From Phyllobates terribilis (Eukaryota), in contig NW_027363790.1 in NCBI RefSeq assembly GCF_046119375.1, forward strand, positions 310,001-374,000: a stretch of DNA of 64,000 nucleotides. Direction: 5' to 3'. Every line of letters starts with the position of its first letter. Positions within the stretch are counted from its first letter, which is position 1. Below the pieces are notes generated by a model. That model saw only the letters and a program-made list of their open reading frames with translations. It had not been told where the DNA came from and did not search any database. This document shows positions 38,719 through 53,640 of the stretch, in pieces. The position numbers and the translations under genes were made by a program.

Positions 38719-39487
38719 GGCTAAGTGCCCACGTTGCGGAACTGAAGCATATTTTTTACACTTCTCCTTGGCGGGAAAATCGCATGCGGTTTTCCCGCCA
38801 GGTAGAAGCGTTTGTGAGGTGTCTTTGCATGCATTTCCGCATGCGGGTTATCAAGCACTTCTCCAAGTGATTTAAGCATCACTTGGAAAAGTGCTTGACA
38901 ACTTGTTCACACTATATAAATCCATGCAACCGGCATGGATTTATATAGTGTGACCAAGTAATAGTTAAAAAAAAAATCAGAATGGTAAAAAATAAAAAAA
39001 TAAAGTTTATACTCACCTTCCGATGCATTCTCTGCCCCGTCCGGAGTCTTGAGCGGCTCACGCTGTTGTGTGCAGGACCTGCGGTGAAGTCATTGAGTCA
39101 TGTGATAGGTCACATGACTCAATGACGTGGCAGGTCCTTCACACAACAGCGCAACGGAGGGAAAACATCAGAAGATAAGTATAAACTTTATTTTATTCTT
39201 TTTTTTACAGGTTCTTTGGTACCCAGGTCTGGATGAGAGTCTCCTCTCCTCCAGACTTGGGTACCATCCGCACATTGATTCCGCATGCGGAAACGCAAAA
39301 TTAATGAACATGCTGTGGATTTTTGACCGCAGTATATACGCTGCGGAAAAATCCGCAGCATGGGCATTGACATTGCGGAATGCCATTGGGGACCATGGGG
39401 TGCGGATATACATGCGTTTTACAAGCGTTTACGCTGCGGAAATTCCGCAGCATATACGCTTGTAATACGCAACGTGGGCAGGCAGCC
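38719..39487. mobile_element. PIF/Harbinger-type MITE
   Basis: TAA TSD both sides; TIR GGCT..TGCCCACGTTGCG. Confidence 0.88.
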
Positions 39488-39929
39488 TAAAGATGCAGTC
39501 AAAAGGCCCTTTTCAGGACTCTGAATTAAATAAAAAACAATAAATCTTAAAAAGTAAAATTTAAGTCTGTGTGAACTTGCATTGGAAGTTAATGAACTTA
39601 GAAACCTGTTCACCATTCTACACACTGTACTGGTGTAGGTATGGTTATGATGGTTATGCTGTAAAAAAAAATTATCAAAAATGCGCATACCATAACAATT
39701 TATACACTTGGGACATTCAAAAATGAGTATGGCATACAATGAGGGATTACAAAAACATATATGTTCCACCAGTTTCACTGTAGAGATGCAGAAGTATGAA
39801 ATATATAGTTTTCTTCATGCCTATGCAGAACTTTTGAACACCACTTGTATGCATATTTATATACACAGAGCTCTGATTCACATTTACATACACACAATAC
39901 GTATGTACAATTTGTCAATAACATATATA

Positions 39930-40635
<706 letters not shown>

Positions 40636-42074
40636 TCAACAGGAAAAAGGCCTCTCTTCTGTGTGGGTTCTCAGGTGCTTAATCAAATGTGATTTCTGGT
40701 TAAAACATTTCCCACATTCTGAACATGAAAAAGGCCTCTCTTCTGTGTGGGTTCTCAGGTGCTTAATCAAATCTGATTTCTGGTTAAAACATTTCCCACA
40801 TTCTGAACATGAAAAAGGCTTCTCCCCTGTGTGGGTTCTCTGGTGGTTATCAAGATTCTGTTTCAGGTTAAAACATTTTCCACATTCTGAACATGAAAAA
40901 GGCTTCTCCCCTGTGTGGGTTCTCTGGTGGTTATCAAGATTCTGTTTCAGGTTAAAACATTTCCCACATTCTGAACATGAAAAAGGCTTCTCCCCTGTGT
41001 GGGTTCTCTGGTGGTTATCAAGATTCTGTTTCCGGTTAAAACATTTCCCACATTCTGAACATGAAAAAGGTTTCTCCCCTGTGTGGGTTCTCTGGTGGCT
41101 ACGAAGATGCGATTTCCAGCTAAAACATTTCCCACATTCTGAGCATGAAAAAGGCTTCTCCCCTGTGTGGGTTCTTTTGTGCATAACAACATCTGATTTC
41201 CATTTAAAACATTTCCCACATTCTGAACATGAAAAAGGCTTCTCTCCTGTGTGAGTTCTCTGGTGGTTATCAAGATTCTGTTTCCGGTTAAAACATTTCC
41301 CACATTCTGAGCATGAAAAAGGCTTCTCCCCTGTGTGAGTTCTCTGGTGGTTATCAAGATGCTGTTTCCATCTGAAACATTTCCCACATTCTGAACATGA
41401 AAAAGGCTTCTCCCCTGTGTGGGTTCTCTGATGGCTATCAAGATACGCTTTTCGGTTAAAACATTTCCCACATTCTGAACATGAAAAAGACTTCTTCCCT
41501 GTGTGCGTTATTTGGTGCAAAACAAGACTACGTTTATGTCTAAAATATTTTCCACATTCTGAGCAGGAAAAAGGCTTCTCCCCTGTGTGAGTTCTCTGAT
41601 GACTAAGAAGAGATGATTTCTTCATAAAACATTTCCCACATTCTGAACATGAAAATGAATTCTCCCCTGCGTGAGTTCTCTGGTGTCGAACAAGTTTCGA
41701 TTTCTGGTTAAAACATTTCCCACACTTGGAACAATAAAATATATTCTCTGCTGTGTGAATGTCTTGATTCTTAAGAAAAAACTTTTGGAGAGGAAAACTA
41801 TTTCCATATTCTGAACATGAAAATGGATTATTTGCCTTAGGAGCAGTTTGCTTTTTAATGCTTATTTTGTGACTTTGATTTTCCTTAGTAGTCGGTAATG
41901 AATCAGAAGACAGGACCTGTTTCAAAGGATCAGATGACAGATCTTTGCTGTGAAGGGATGATGGTGTATCTGGAGTAATGGCATTCACTTCAATTGTATC
42001 TTGTGGCATCTCAAGATCATCGGATTTAAAAATTGATGATGTCAGCTGTCCCTCTGATCTCCTGGTACAGTCAT
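40636..42074 (-). CDS. KRAB-C2H2 ZNF gene, last coding exon: linker, 1 degenerate and 13 intact C2H2 fingers
   Basis: TTATTCTTGGCAG acceptor, phase 1; [19 protein letters not shown] repeats; TGA at 40636-40638. Confidence 0.95.
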
Positions 42075-44106
42075 CTGCCAAGAATAAAAACAGTTATAAT
42101 TTTTGAATAAAATATCCTTGAATGTAATATTTGTGAACATTTCTACTTAAACTGTCGGTAACAATTGAAAGTTACGTAGAAAAATTATTATTATTTACCA
42201 AGACAATGACAGTTCACAGTCTAATAGAAAACCTCATAGGATGAACCAGTGGAGCGTGGTGTTCAACTGTTTGTTCATTCTGCCTCCAAAATATGGAATA
42301 AAAAAAGCCACCAAAAAATGTTATGTAGGCGAAAATAATACCAATAAAAACTTCTACTCATCCTGCAAAAAAAAAAAAGTCCCCACTCAAGTCCATTATC
42401 TGTCAGTGGAAAAACAGAGGTTTCCACATTATTAGTGGCTCAAAAGGCTCTTAAAAAGAAACATGGCTTCCATAAACCAATCCAGCAATATCCGCACTCC
42501 CAAAAACAAATGCCCCCCTTGCTTCTGACCCTTGCAGTGTGCCAAACCACATTTAGCATCCATGAATTTGGCATTACTATAGTGAGAAGAACACAGTTAA
42601 TTTATGGTGTGTGCCTCCTGGAGCACAATATGGGCACTATGTGTTGGGTAATAAAATGGCCAATGTGCAATTTTCACTCTCCAAAATCCACTGCGTGCTA
42701 ATTTCCGGAAAGTGTCTGTGGAGTCAAAATAGTCACTAGTCCTATAGATTCATTCATTGAGGGTTATAATTTCCAAAATGGAGTCACTTTATGGGGATTT
42801 CTAATGTTCTGGTTTTCTGCCATTTTGTCATATTAGGGCTTCTGCAAATGGTGAATCCCATCTCCTCTGGGATCTTCTCCTGTCACCAGGAGCCGCCTTA
42901 TTCATTCTGCGGGTGGCATTGGTGATGGAGATGTTGGAACCAGAAGCTCTGGGCGCACAGGCCCTGTCCAGCCATTAAGATTAGGGTGCTTGGGACCTGT
43001 AGTACCATCCAGTCTGGCAGTATGAGTGTGTGCAATCCAGCTGAAGTCACACTACTAAAGCTCAGAGTATATTGCCAGAAGCTGCCTGATACAGCCTTGT
43101 TCTCCTCTGGTTCAGTCCTCTGTACTCAGCACCCGGCTTGTGTGTTTGGTTCCTGATATGGCTTTGGCCCATTTACTGACTATTAGTGATGAGCGAGCAT
43201 GCTTGTCACTACTCGTTACTTACCCGAGCATCACAGTGCTCGAAATGCTCAGTACTCAGCGAGTATTTTTTTTTCTTAAAATTTCGGGAGCGAGCTCGAG
43301 TGCCGGCCTCACATGTTTGGCACTTTTTAGGCAGCCAATTAACATGTAGGGATCGCCTGCCAGTCACTGTAATGCCGTAGCCATGTTGGTAGTGACATTA
43401 CAGTGAATTGCTGGCCGCATAGCATCATCAGGTCTATATAAGACCAGGGACCCTGCCCTCATCACAGTCTACCCCGGAAATAGGCAGAGTAGGGAGAGCT
43501 GCGGCTGAGCGAGGGAGAGAATTCTAGCTTCTTTTAGGCAGGGATTCCACACTAGTTGTATTTATTTCATCTGAACCAACAGCCCTTGTAAGGGCTCATT
43601 CTGATGTATATTAATACTGCTGTTAGCAGGTTAGGCAGAGTTTGTGGAGAGATAGTGCACTACAGGTTAGGCTTCATTGCATGTTCTTTCTGCTGCTGTA
43701 ACTCATATCAATAGCCCTAGTTCTCAGGGATAATAATATTCCTTTTTGCTCTTAATCCTGCTAATTTTTGTGAAAAGCAATATACTACACTATTTTTACT
43801 GCTCCATTTGTTTGTTAACAGTATACAGCCACACTTAGTTGATTTGACTAGCATTGCTATGTAGTGCAAGCATTGAAAAAGTCCATCTGTGGTGGTCAGA
43901 TTTTACTGCGTAATGATCCTGAAATTTTTTGTAATCTGCGAAATATTATACTCCATTTAAAATGTGACAGTTGTGTGTTGAAAACATACATCCTGACTTG
44001 GCCGCTAACCAATAGCATATTGCTATTGCAGTAAAACTTGCTCATCTGAAGTGGTCAGATTTTTACTGCATTAATAATCGTGAAATTTTGTTGAAGCTGC
44101 CAAATA

Positions 44107-44790
44107 CACTGTGTTCCAAATTATTATGCAAATAATATTTTTTCAGATTTTCCCAAATTACCTATATGAATTGCAGTCATTGTAATTTTCCAGTCAAATA
44201 ACTATTAGAGTACAATTGAAAGGTTTTTGTACAAACTGCCTATGATAACAGTATATTTTTTAAAAAATAAAACACTCAAACTGCACTCAAAATGCATGTT
44301 CCAAATTATTATGCACAGCAGAGTTTTCAACGTTTTCATTTTAATAAAGAACAAAAAAATGGTCATTTTTGAAATTATAAGCATTAGCAGGTTATTACAA
44401 ACTGAAATCAAACAGTTTTCACCTCAAAACTTTATTCTAGGTGATGTTACATTTGCACATAGGACCCCTTGTTCGAAAGGAGCTTCTGAACTCTCTCGTC
44501 CATTGAATTTGTCAGGTTTTGGATGGTTTCTGCTTTAATTGTTTTGCACGAGGACAGAATACCCTCCCAGAGCTGTTGCTTAGATGTGAACTGCCTCCCG
44601 CCATCATAGACACTCCTTTTGATGAAGCTCCAGAGGTTCTCAATGGGGTTGAGGTCAGGGGAGCATGGGTGCCACACCATAAGTTTGTCCCCTTTTACGC
44701 CTATAGCAGCCAGAGATGCAGATGTGTTATGTGCAGCATGAGACGGGGCAAGGGGAAACTGTGCCTGCTGAAGTAGCACAACAAACACCC
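44107..44790 (-). mobile_element. Tc1 3' fragment nested in the hAT element
   Basis: TA-CACTGTGTTCCAAATTATTATGCA with inner DR; PCSPDLNPIENLW. Confidence 0.8.
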
Positions 44791-47700
44791 ACATCATGTC
44801 GACCTAGCGTCCTGTCCCACTTTGTGGAACAACACTCTTGAAGCCAGACCAGTGTGAAAAGGTTGTTGGGTTGATAGCAGACAATGCTTCCAGTCAGTTT
44901 TCAGCACCACCCTGTCTTCCACACGGTCCAGTCTCAGTAGTCTTGAGTCTGGACCACATAATCCTCACCCTGAGCCTCCTTCCTCTCACCATGCCGAGCG
45001 CCCGGAGACAAGTGATCTCACACTTAGACACTCCGAAGGGCTGTTTATATTTCCATTTATAGTTTCTGTCCTCTTGCCCTGTTCGCTTCAAGCAGGATAT
45101 GAGGAGATCACACTTAGCGATACCCAAATATTTGTAAGTCAGTAGGAAGACAAGGGTGTGGACGGGGAAGACGAGATGGTGGACGATGAGGTTACTTACC
45201 CAATCTGGGAAGGTGACAAGCAGAGCAAAGACAGCAGCGCAGAGAAGGTGGGATCCATAGTACCGCAACAGGCAGGAAGAGGTAGTGACGTGACCATAGA
45301 GACAAGGCGGGCAACTGTTCCCCAGAACACCAGCACGAGGGAAGTTGCCAGTCCAAGGGTTAGGTCTTCCTGAGTCTGGCGCTTTTTTAAAAACTGTCCA
45401 GTTAACCCAAAAAAGGCTATTTGCAACATATACTGTGCCAGCATCAGCAGGGGCAGCACAACTACTAGCCTGACCACCACCAGCATGCTCAGGCACACGA
45501 TAGCAAAGCACTCAACTAGCTGGGCCAAACGCCAGGACCAGAAACAGTGTCTGTGGGCGACACCACTGCCTCTTCACCTGTTGTATGTGCATGCCAATCC
45601 CCTGTCCATGATGCAGGCGAAGATGCCTCCCACTCTCCACCTGTCGTAGCAACCACATTCACGTCCTTGTCCCAGCGCAGCGTTCAGTTGTCCCTTGGAA
45701 CACAAGCGGAAATACGCAGCCACCTGCACACCCACAGGCCACAATACTAAACGGCCACATTTCCAGACTGCTCGCACTGGAAATATTGCATTTTAGGCTT
45801 GTGGAGAAGGAAGCTTTCTGCAACCTCATGGCCGCAGCTGTACCTAGGTACTCAGTCCCCAGCAGCCACTATTTCTCCCGATGTACCATCCCTGCCTTAC
45901 ACAAGCACTTGTCCCTTAACATTACCCGTGCCCTCACAATGCAGTTACTAGGAAGGTCCACCTAACCACAGACATGTGGACAAGTGCTTGTGGCCAGGGA
46001 TGCAACATTTCCCTGACGGCACAATGGGTGAATATTGTGCAAGCCGGGACGGAACATGTGCTACCGATGCCGAGGATTGCGGGCCCTGGTTCAATCAGGG
46101 TTGCCCCCACCTTGTACAGCAGTTCCTGCACCTCCTTCGCCTCTTCATCCTCCATATCTCTGAAACATCAATAATATGAAGCTAGAAACTTCAGCACTGC
46201 CTTGGCCAAGCAGCAACAGGCTCTGCAGAAGCTAATCTGCTTAGGTGACAAACTGCACACCCCTGCAGAGTTGTTGAAAGCTGTAACAGAGCAGACAGAT
46301 CTGTGGCTCTCACCGCTGAACCTACAACCAAGCATGGTCGTGTGTAACAATGGCTGGAACCTGCAAGTGGCTCTGAAGCTTGGCAACCGAGCACATGTAC
46401 CATGCCTGACCCACGTGCTCAACTTAGTGGTTCAGCGGTTTCTCAAAACCTACCATGATCTGCCTGAGCTGCTTGTGAAAGTACACTGCGTGTGCCCATT
46501 TCCGCAAGTCAGCTACAGCTTCCGCCGCCCTGGCTGTGCTTCAGCAGCCTTTGTAACTTCCAGCTCACTGATTGTTGTACAATGTTACCATGCGTTGGAA
46601 CTCAACGTTGCATATGTTAACAAGGCCTTGTGAGCAGCAGTGGCCAGTTGTTGAGTACCAGCTCCAACACGCCCGTCAATATTCTGGTCAGTCTCCGCAC
46701 ATAAGAGCTGATGAGTGGACATGGATGTCTGACATCTGTGCAGTTCTCCAAACCTTTGAGGACTCCACCAAGATAGTGAGCGGTGGTGACGCCATAATCA
46801 ACGTCACCCTCCCGCTTCTCTGCCTACTGAAACGCTCGCTGCTCACAATTAAAGAGGAGGTTTTGCAGGCGCAGCAAGTTGAGATGGGCAAGAAACTATA
46901 CAGGGTGATGCTACACAGCCCAGCCTTGTATCATCTTTTCAACGTGGATTGGGTGCGAATGAGGAACACAGGCAGGTTTCCTGCGCTACAGACGGTACAA
47001 CCTGCACCACCTTCATCCCGTCTGTTCACCGTGGCTGAAGAGGAGGAGGACAAAAGAGGAGTATGAGGAGGAGATGATGGACAATCATCCATCTTGGTGG
47101 GGACAGGGAAGTCTTGGCTCTTCGCAGTCTGGCACATATGGCTGAGTTTATGTTCTGCTGCCTTTCCCGTCGTTGTACACATTTTAGGCAACAGTAATTA
47201 CTGGTTGGTCACCCTTCTAGATCCATGCTACATGGAGAACTTTCTATCTCTCCTTCAAGTGGCAGCGAGGTCTAATAAAATGTTGCAGTACCAGAAGGCC
47301 CTAGTTGAAGAATATAAAAAATTCCCATCTGACAACTTAGATGGTAGAGGTCACAGTTCATTGGACAACCAATGAGTACAGGGAGACAGACACACAAAGC
47401 CATATGCAGTAGAAGCAGGGGAACACTCTCAAAGGTCTGGGACAGTTTTCTCAGACCCTCCCAGTGCCCAGGCCCTGATACACGGGGTAGTCTGACAATG
47501 AGGGAAAAGTTTTAGAAGATACTGAAGGAGTATCTTGCTGACTGTACCACCGTCCTTGGTGATTCCTCTGTGCCTTACAACTATCAGGTATCCAAGTTAG
47601 ACTCGTGGCATGAACTGTCTCACTACAGCTTGGAGGTCCTGGCCTGCCCTGCCTCTAGCGTTTTGTCAGAGCGGGTTTTTAGTGCGCCGGGGGTATTATA

Positions 47701-48619
47701 ACTGATAGGTGCGCCCACTTGTCAACTAAAAATGCTGACAGGCTGACTAATATCAAAATAAACAAGGCCTGGATTGGCCCAGACTTCTCAACACCACCGG
47801 ATGACAGCAACAGAACATAAACTCAAATCCATTTTTTTCTGGTCTATTCCCATGCAAATCTTCACACCCAGATAGGTGTGAAGATTTCTTCTTTTTATGT
47901 TGTCCTATTCCTTCTTCTCATCCTACACCACAATATCAACAGGGTGATCATCATGCAACACCCCCATTAATTATTTTAAAGGTATTTAGGACGCCCGCAT
48001 GAATAATTTTTAGAGACCTACTTCTAACATTCTTTACAATATACATGTATACTCCTGCTGGAAAAGAGTGTTCATTTTCGTTGCATACACTGTCTATAAC
48101 TTGATTGCATTCTTCAAAAAACTCACTGACAGATGTGTTTTTTAATGTAACCTACACTCAGAAAGTCAACAAAGCAGGCAGAGTTGCGTGCGTTCCTTCA
48201 CAGTTTGGTGCTGCCATATCCCAAAAAAATACTCTGGGGGCGGGTTAAAATCTATTTTATATTCTGCAATATTACCTCTCTTATCTGTAATTTGTGTACG
48301 AGTGAGCTATAGCACTAGGAATAGCGTATTACAGGTTATCTAGTCAGGGATTATAGCCTTATACTCCGTGCTGCTGCAAGCAAAAAAGAAAAAAAAATCT
48401 ATGCTATTCCTTATTAATACCACTGTTAGCTACATTTAGTATAGGGATAGGTGCTAGGTGGTAGCATCTGCTGGAAAGGACTGTTCATTCTGGTCAAACA
48501 CATCTTTCCACAGTTCATAACTTAATTAATTTCTTCCATTCACTCATTGACCAATTCAAAATTTTTACGGTGATCTGTACTCAGAAATTCATCAAAGTTC
48601 ACAGAAATTTATCATGGTT

Positions 48620-48940
48620 GACAGAAATTCATAACTTGGGGTCCTTGTCCTGCTGAAAGACCCATGACCTAGGATGCCAATCCAACTTTCTGACACTGGG
48701 CACTACATTGCTACCCAAAATCCTTTGGGAATATTCAGATTTCATGATGCCTTACAAAAAGTGAAGGCATTCAGTGCCAGAGGAAGCAAAACAACCCCTA
48801 AATATCTTTGACCCTCCACTATAATTGACTGTAAGTTCTGTGTTCTTTTATTTTTAGGCCTCATTCCATTTACAGTAAACAGCTGAATGATATGTTTTAC
48901 CAAAAAGCTCTATCTTGGTCTCATCTGTCCACAAGATGCC
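48620..48940 (-). mobile_element. Small Tc1 internal fragment
   Basis: WTDETKIELFG and FQQDKDPK on the minus strand. Confidence 0.65.
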
Positions 48941-50145
48941 TACTGGCCCTGTAAAAATAGTGGAGGCCACTTGCTGGCACTCTATAAATTGTGAGGGCCG
49001 CCTGCTGGACCTCCAAGTTTCAAACTTTACATAATATATACAAAAAAGAAAATTTGACCACCTCAGATGGATACGTTATATTGCAGAAGCAATATATGGC
49101 CATGCAAGTTTCAAACTTTACCGTATTAAAGAAGTTGTCCACTAATTTTACATTTATACCCCATCCGTAGGATAGGGCATCAATGTCTGATTGACCTGGG
49201 TCCCGCACCCGGCAACCCCGCCAATCAGCTGCTATTGGTGCCAGTGGCTTCCGTCGGCCGGAAGCGCTTACTTGCGGAGCTTGGCCGTCTAGCTTTAGTG
49301 GCCGCCGCAGGGTACTCTAACAATAGTAAGGGCCGCCTGATGGCGCTTTATAAATAGTGAGGCCTGAAAAAAAAATGGGACTTACAGAGTCTCTCTTTCA
49401 TGAATGAAACATGTATCTGATCATGTCTTACACACCACATGGCCAGATAAGGTAGTAAAATGTTAAAATTACATTTACCGGTGAATGTATTTTTCACCGT
49501 TGAAAGCAATGTGAACGTGCAAAAACACTAAGTGTGAACATAGCCCAAGGTGTGGAGGAGTATTTTTTCTGTTATTTATTTTGCATTATATAGAAGTCAT
49601 TATCCTGGAAAGAATGTTTCTTAAAAATTGTTTCCAGGAAAATCCATTTTATCTTCGTTTTTGTATTTTTTATTGTCAGCCCGTAAAAGTGGCATACTAC
49701 TCTGGTAACATTGTTCACAGCAGCGACCTGGGATTCAGAGATGATTCCAGGGGTCTTCCCCATGCTGTTTCCACTGTTTTCATAGATCTGAACAATTTTT
49801 AGACTTCCTCCAGCCCTACGGAGGATATGGGGGGGGGGGGGTTGGGGAAGGAACCGCCAGAAAATTGCTCGAGTAACAAATAACCAAGCATCACTACTGA
49901 CTACTCTTTTGTCTTCTGATTTTGTATTTTCTCTGCCCTCCTGGTTCTAACCCGGCTACCTGACTATTCTTCATATCTCACTCCACAGAACAACAGGTCA
50001 CACCAAGGCCCAAGCCTAGGTGTCTCTGTGTAAGTCCAGATTCATGTAGATGGGTTAAAGAAGTTAAAGGTTGATGGGGAAAACTGTGACTATAGACAAT
50101 AACACATCACATTTTCTACTGAAAAGATTAGGCTGAACAGTCTTA

Positions 50146-51015
50146 GGCTGTGTGCCCACGATGCGTTTTTTAAGCATTTCCGCAGTGGCAAAAACGCTGC
50201 AGAAACGCTTAAAAAACGCATGGTAGAAGGCCTGCCATGTTCCCCAATGATAATCCGCATGTGCTGTGCACATGCTGCGGAAATTTCCGCTGCAGGTTAT
50301 CATTGCGGAAAAAACCGCAGCACTACCAATTATTTTGCGGAAGCGCTGCGTTTTCACCGCCATTGACTTGCATTGGAACGCATGGAATCCGCATCACTGC
50401 ATCTGTACATGCGGAATCCAAGCGTTTCAATGTGCGGATGGTACCTGGGTCTGGAGAAGAGGAGACTCTCCTCCGGACCCAGGTACCATAGTACCTGTAA
50501 AAAAAGAATAAAATAAAAAATAAATACTATACTTACCTTCTGACGGCTCCCGGTCTCCTTGTCTTCGCTTGCCGCCAGATCGCGGTGGACTGAAGGACCT
50601 GCGCTGACGTCATTTAGTCATGCGACGGCAGGTCCTTCAGTGTTGTGTACCGCAAGCTGCCGGCAAGCCAGGACAGAACGAAGCAAGACTCCAGGGGCTA
50701 TCAGAAGGTAAGTATAGATTTATTTTTTCATTTTTTTTACATTCTTTGGGGTCGTTTGCATGGATTTATATAGTGTGACCAAGTTGTCAAGCACTTTCCA
50801 AGTGATGCTAAAATAGCTTGGAAAGCACTTGTCAACCGGCATGCGGAACTGCATGTGAAGAAAGCTTCACATCCGCATGTCCCTGGCAGGAAAAACGCAT
50901 GTAAAATCCGCATGTACAATCCGCATGTACAATCCGCATGCGTTTTTTCTGCCAGGGAGATGCAGAAATGCTCAGGAAAAAATCCGGAACATTTCTGCAT
51001 CGTGGGCACATAGCC
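50146..51015. mobile_element. PIF/Harbinger-type MITE
   Basis: TTA TSD both sides; TIR GGCT(G/A)TGTGCCCACGATGC. Confidence 0.92.
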
Positions 51016-51370
51016 TTAATCAGTAAAGAAAAATGAGAAGATTAACTAGTGGAGAAACCTCTCTGGAGTAAACAGATTACCAACAGCCACAAACTCTAAA
51101 TTAACGTAAAATCCAATATTTTCTGTCAGATGAGCTTCAAGAAGAAATATTAGACAGTTAAAGAGAACTTTTTATAATAGTGCAGAGATGAGGCGTCTTA
51201 AATTTGAATATCTGGCATTTGGAAGAGGTAATGAGACCTCTTTTTAAACAGACCAGGGAGTTACTGAGTAACATAAGTGAGGCCGGCCGATCCCACCACA
51301 ATCATACAAAATGAAAATCTGTAAACAAATAGACATAGGATAAAAAAATGTTACATCCCCAACAACAATA

Positions 51371-52965
51371 CAGTTATATGAAAAAGTTTGGGCACCCCTA
51401 TTAATCTTAAGCTTAATGTTTTATAAAAATTGGTGTTTTTGCAACAGCTATTTCAGTTTGATATATGTAATAACTGTTGGACACAGTAATGTTTCTGCCT
51501 AGAAATGAGGTTTATTGTACTAACAGAAAATGTGCAATCTGCATTCAAACAAAATTTGACAGGTGCATAAGTATGGGCACCTTTATCATTTTCTTGTTTT
51601 AAATACTCCTACCTACTTTTTACTGACTTACTAAAGCACTTTTTTGGGTTTTGTAACCTCATTGAGCTTTGAACTTCATAGCCAGGTGTATGCAATCATG
51701 AGAAAAGCTACTTAAAGTGGCCACTTGCAAGTTGTTCTCCGGTTTGAATCTCCTCTGAAGAGTGGCGTCATGGGCTCCTCAAAACAACTGTCAAATGATC
51801 TGAAAACAAAGATTATTCAACATAGTTGTTCAGGGGAAGGATACAAAAAGCTGTCTCGGAGATTTAACCTGTCAGTTTCCACTGTGAGGAACATAGTAAG
51901 GAAATGGAAGAACACAGGGACAGTTCTTGTTAAGGCCAGAAGTGGCAGGCCAAGAAAAACATCAGAAAGGCAGAGAAGAAGAATGGTGAGATCAGTCAAG
52001 GACAATCCTCAGACCACCTCCAGAGAGCTACAGCATCAACTTGCTGCAGATGGTGTCACTGTGCATCGGTCAACTATACAACGCACTTTGCACAAGGAGA
52101 AGCTGTATGGGAGAGTGATGCGAAGAAGCCGTTTCTGCAAGCACACCACAAACAGAGTCGGCTAAGGTATGCAAAAGCACATTTGGAGAAGCCAATTTAT
52201 TTTTGGAAGAAGGTCCTGTGGACTGATGAAACCAAGATTGAGTTGTTTGGTCATACAAAAAGGCGTTATGCATGGCGGCAAAAAAACACAGCATTCCAAA
52301 AAAAACACTTGCTACCCACAGTAAAATTTGGTGGAGGTTCCATCATGCTTTGGGGCTGTGTGGCCAATGCCGGCACCGGGAATCTTGTTAAAGTTGAGGG
52401 ACGCATGGATTCCACTCAGTATCAGCAGATTCTTGACAATAATATTCAAGAATCAGTGACAAAGTTGAAATCTACTCAGGCATTCATGCAGAGGAACAAT
52501 TACAATGTTCTGGAATGGCCATCCCAGTCCCCAGACCTGAATATCATTGAACATCTGTGGGATCATTTGAAGAGGGCTGTCCATGCTCGGCGACCATCAA
52601 ACTTAACTGAACTGGAATTGTTTTGTAAAGAGGAATGGTCAAAAATACCTTCATCCAGGATCCAGGAACTCATTAAAAGCTACAGGAAGCGACTAGAGGC
52701 TGTTATTTTTGCAAAAGGAGGATCTACTAAACATTAATGTCACTTTTCTGGTGAGGTGCCCATACTTATGCACCTGTCAAATTTTGTTTGAATGCAGATT
52801 GCACATTTTCTGTTAGTACAATAAACCTCATTTCAAGGCAGAAACATTACTGTGTCCAACAGTTATTACATATATCAAACTGAAATAGCTGTTGCAAAAA
52901 CACCAATTTTTATAAAACATTAAGCTTAAGATTAATAGGGGTGCCCAAACTTTTTCATATAACTA
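51371..52965 (+). mobile_element. Tc1 IR/DR transposon with ~211-bp TIRs and defective transposase (51770-52737)
   Basis: TA flanks, near-identical long TIRs, WTDETKIELFG and SPDLNIIEHLW present; frameshift near 52130; second catalytic D segment deleted. Confidence 0.95.
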
Positions 52966-53299
52966 TATATGTATGAGGGGAGAACTCCAACACTAAACTG
53001 GAGTCACACTCATTTATGATGGACCATTGGAGCAACTATGACTCCTGAGCAGAAGAGTAGAGAAAGTATTAATGCCCCCATTTCAGGAGAGATTGTGCAG
53101 TAATCTGAATTCCTTAGGACTGATAACATAATGGAATTCATGATGTGGAGTGAATCCATGAAACCAGGGCTCGAGCCAACACATCTCCTGCAGGCGTGAA
53201 TAAATGTATATTACAGCCATCAGCCACTCACAGCTTAGAGATATATCATGGCAAAGGTGTAATATTTTCTGTATAGTTTATCACAATCCTGTTTGAAGT

Positions 53300-53640
53300 T
53301 AGTTGGTTTTAAAAGAAATTGAAAAGTCAGGATAAAGGGAAACTCTGCTGTTATTGTACAGAAATTCACACTTGGCCTCACTGCACATTTAATGTTGTCG
53401 ATCATAAAAGTGAAGTTTGGCCATAAAGACTGGACCTGGTCTTGTAGGGACCATATGAGCACATTCAGCAGCACAGAAGGGAGAGAAGGTAGATTCATCC
53501 AATAAGATATCAGGGATCTAGGAAGCCAACAGCATCATTACCCTCCGCTTTCTTTTACAGGTCCATCATAATATTTTTCTTCAAGTGATTTTCTAACTTC
53601 TCAGCACATTCTACATAATGTGAAAAAGTCACTGGTAAAG
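53300..53640 (-). pseudogene. L1-like ORF1 relic
   Basis: EKLENHLKKN..KAEGNDAVGFL and RPGPVFMAKLHFY..YNNSRVSLYPDFS in shifting frames. Confidence 0.55.

Larger units (their letters stand above)
43184..49896 (+). mobile_element. hAT transposon with decayed BED-finger transposase, in the ZNF intron
   Basis: TAGTGATGAGCGAG start, GCATCACTA end, TSD CTGACTAT/CTGACTAC; BED relic ~45370-45530, CLTHVLNLVVQ, RWNSTLHML, LEVLACPASSVLSERVFS. Confidence 0.88.

Noticed and set aside
40661-41471. Antisense and shifted-frame ORFs over the zinc-finger exon
   Set aside because: Expected shadows of 84-bp finger repeats
42075-42081. ORF-track start (TTG) for the zinc-finger protein
   Set aside because: It overlaps the splice acceptor; the exon starts at 42074 and is spliced to upstream KRAB exons
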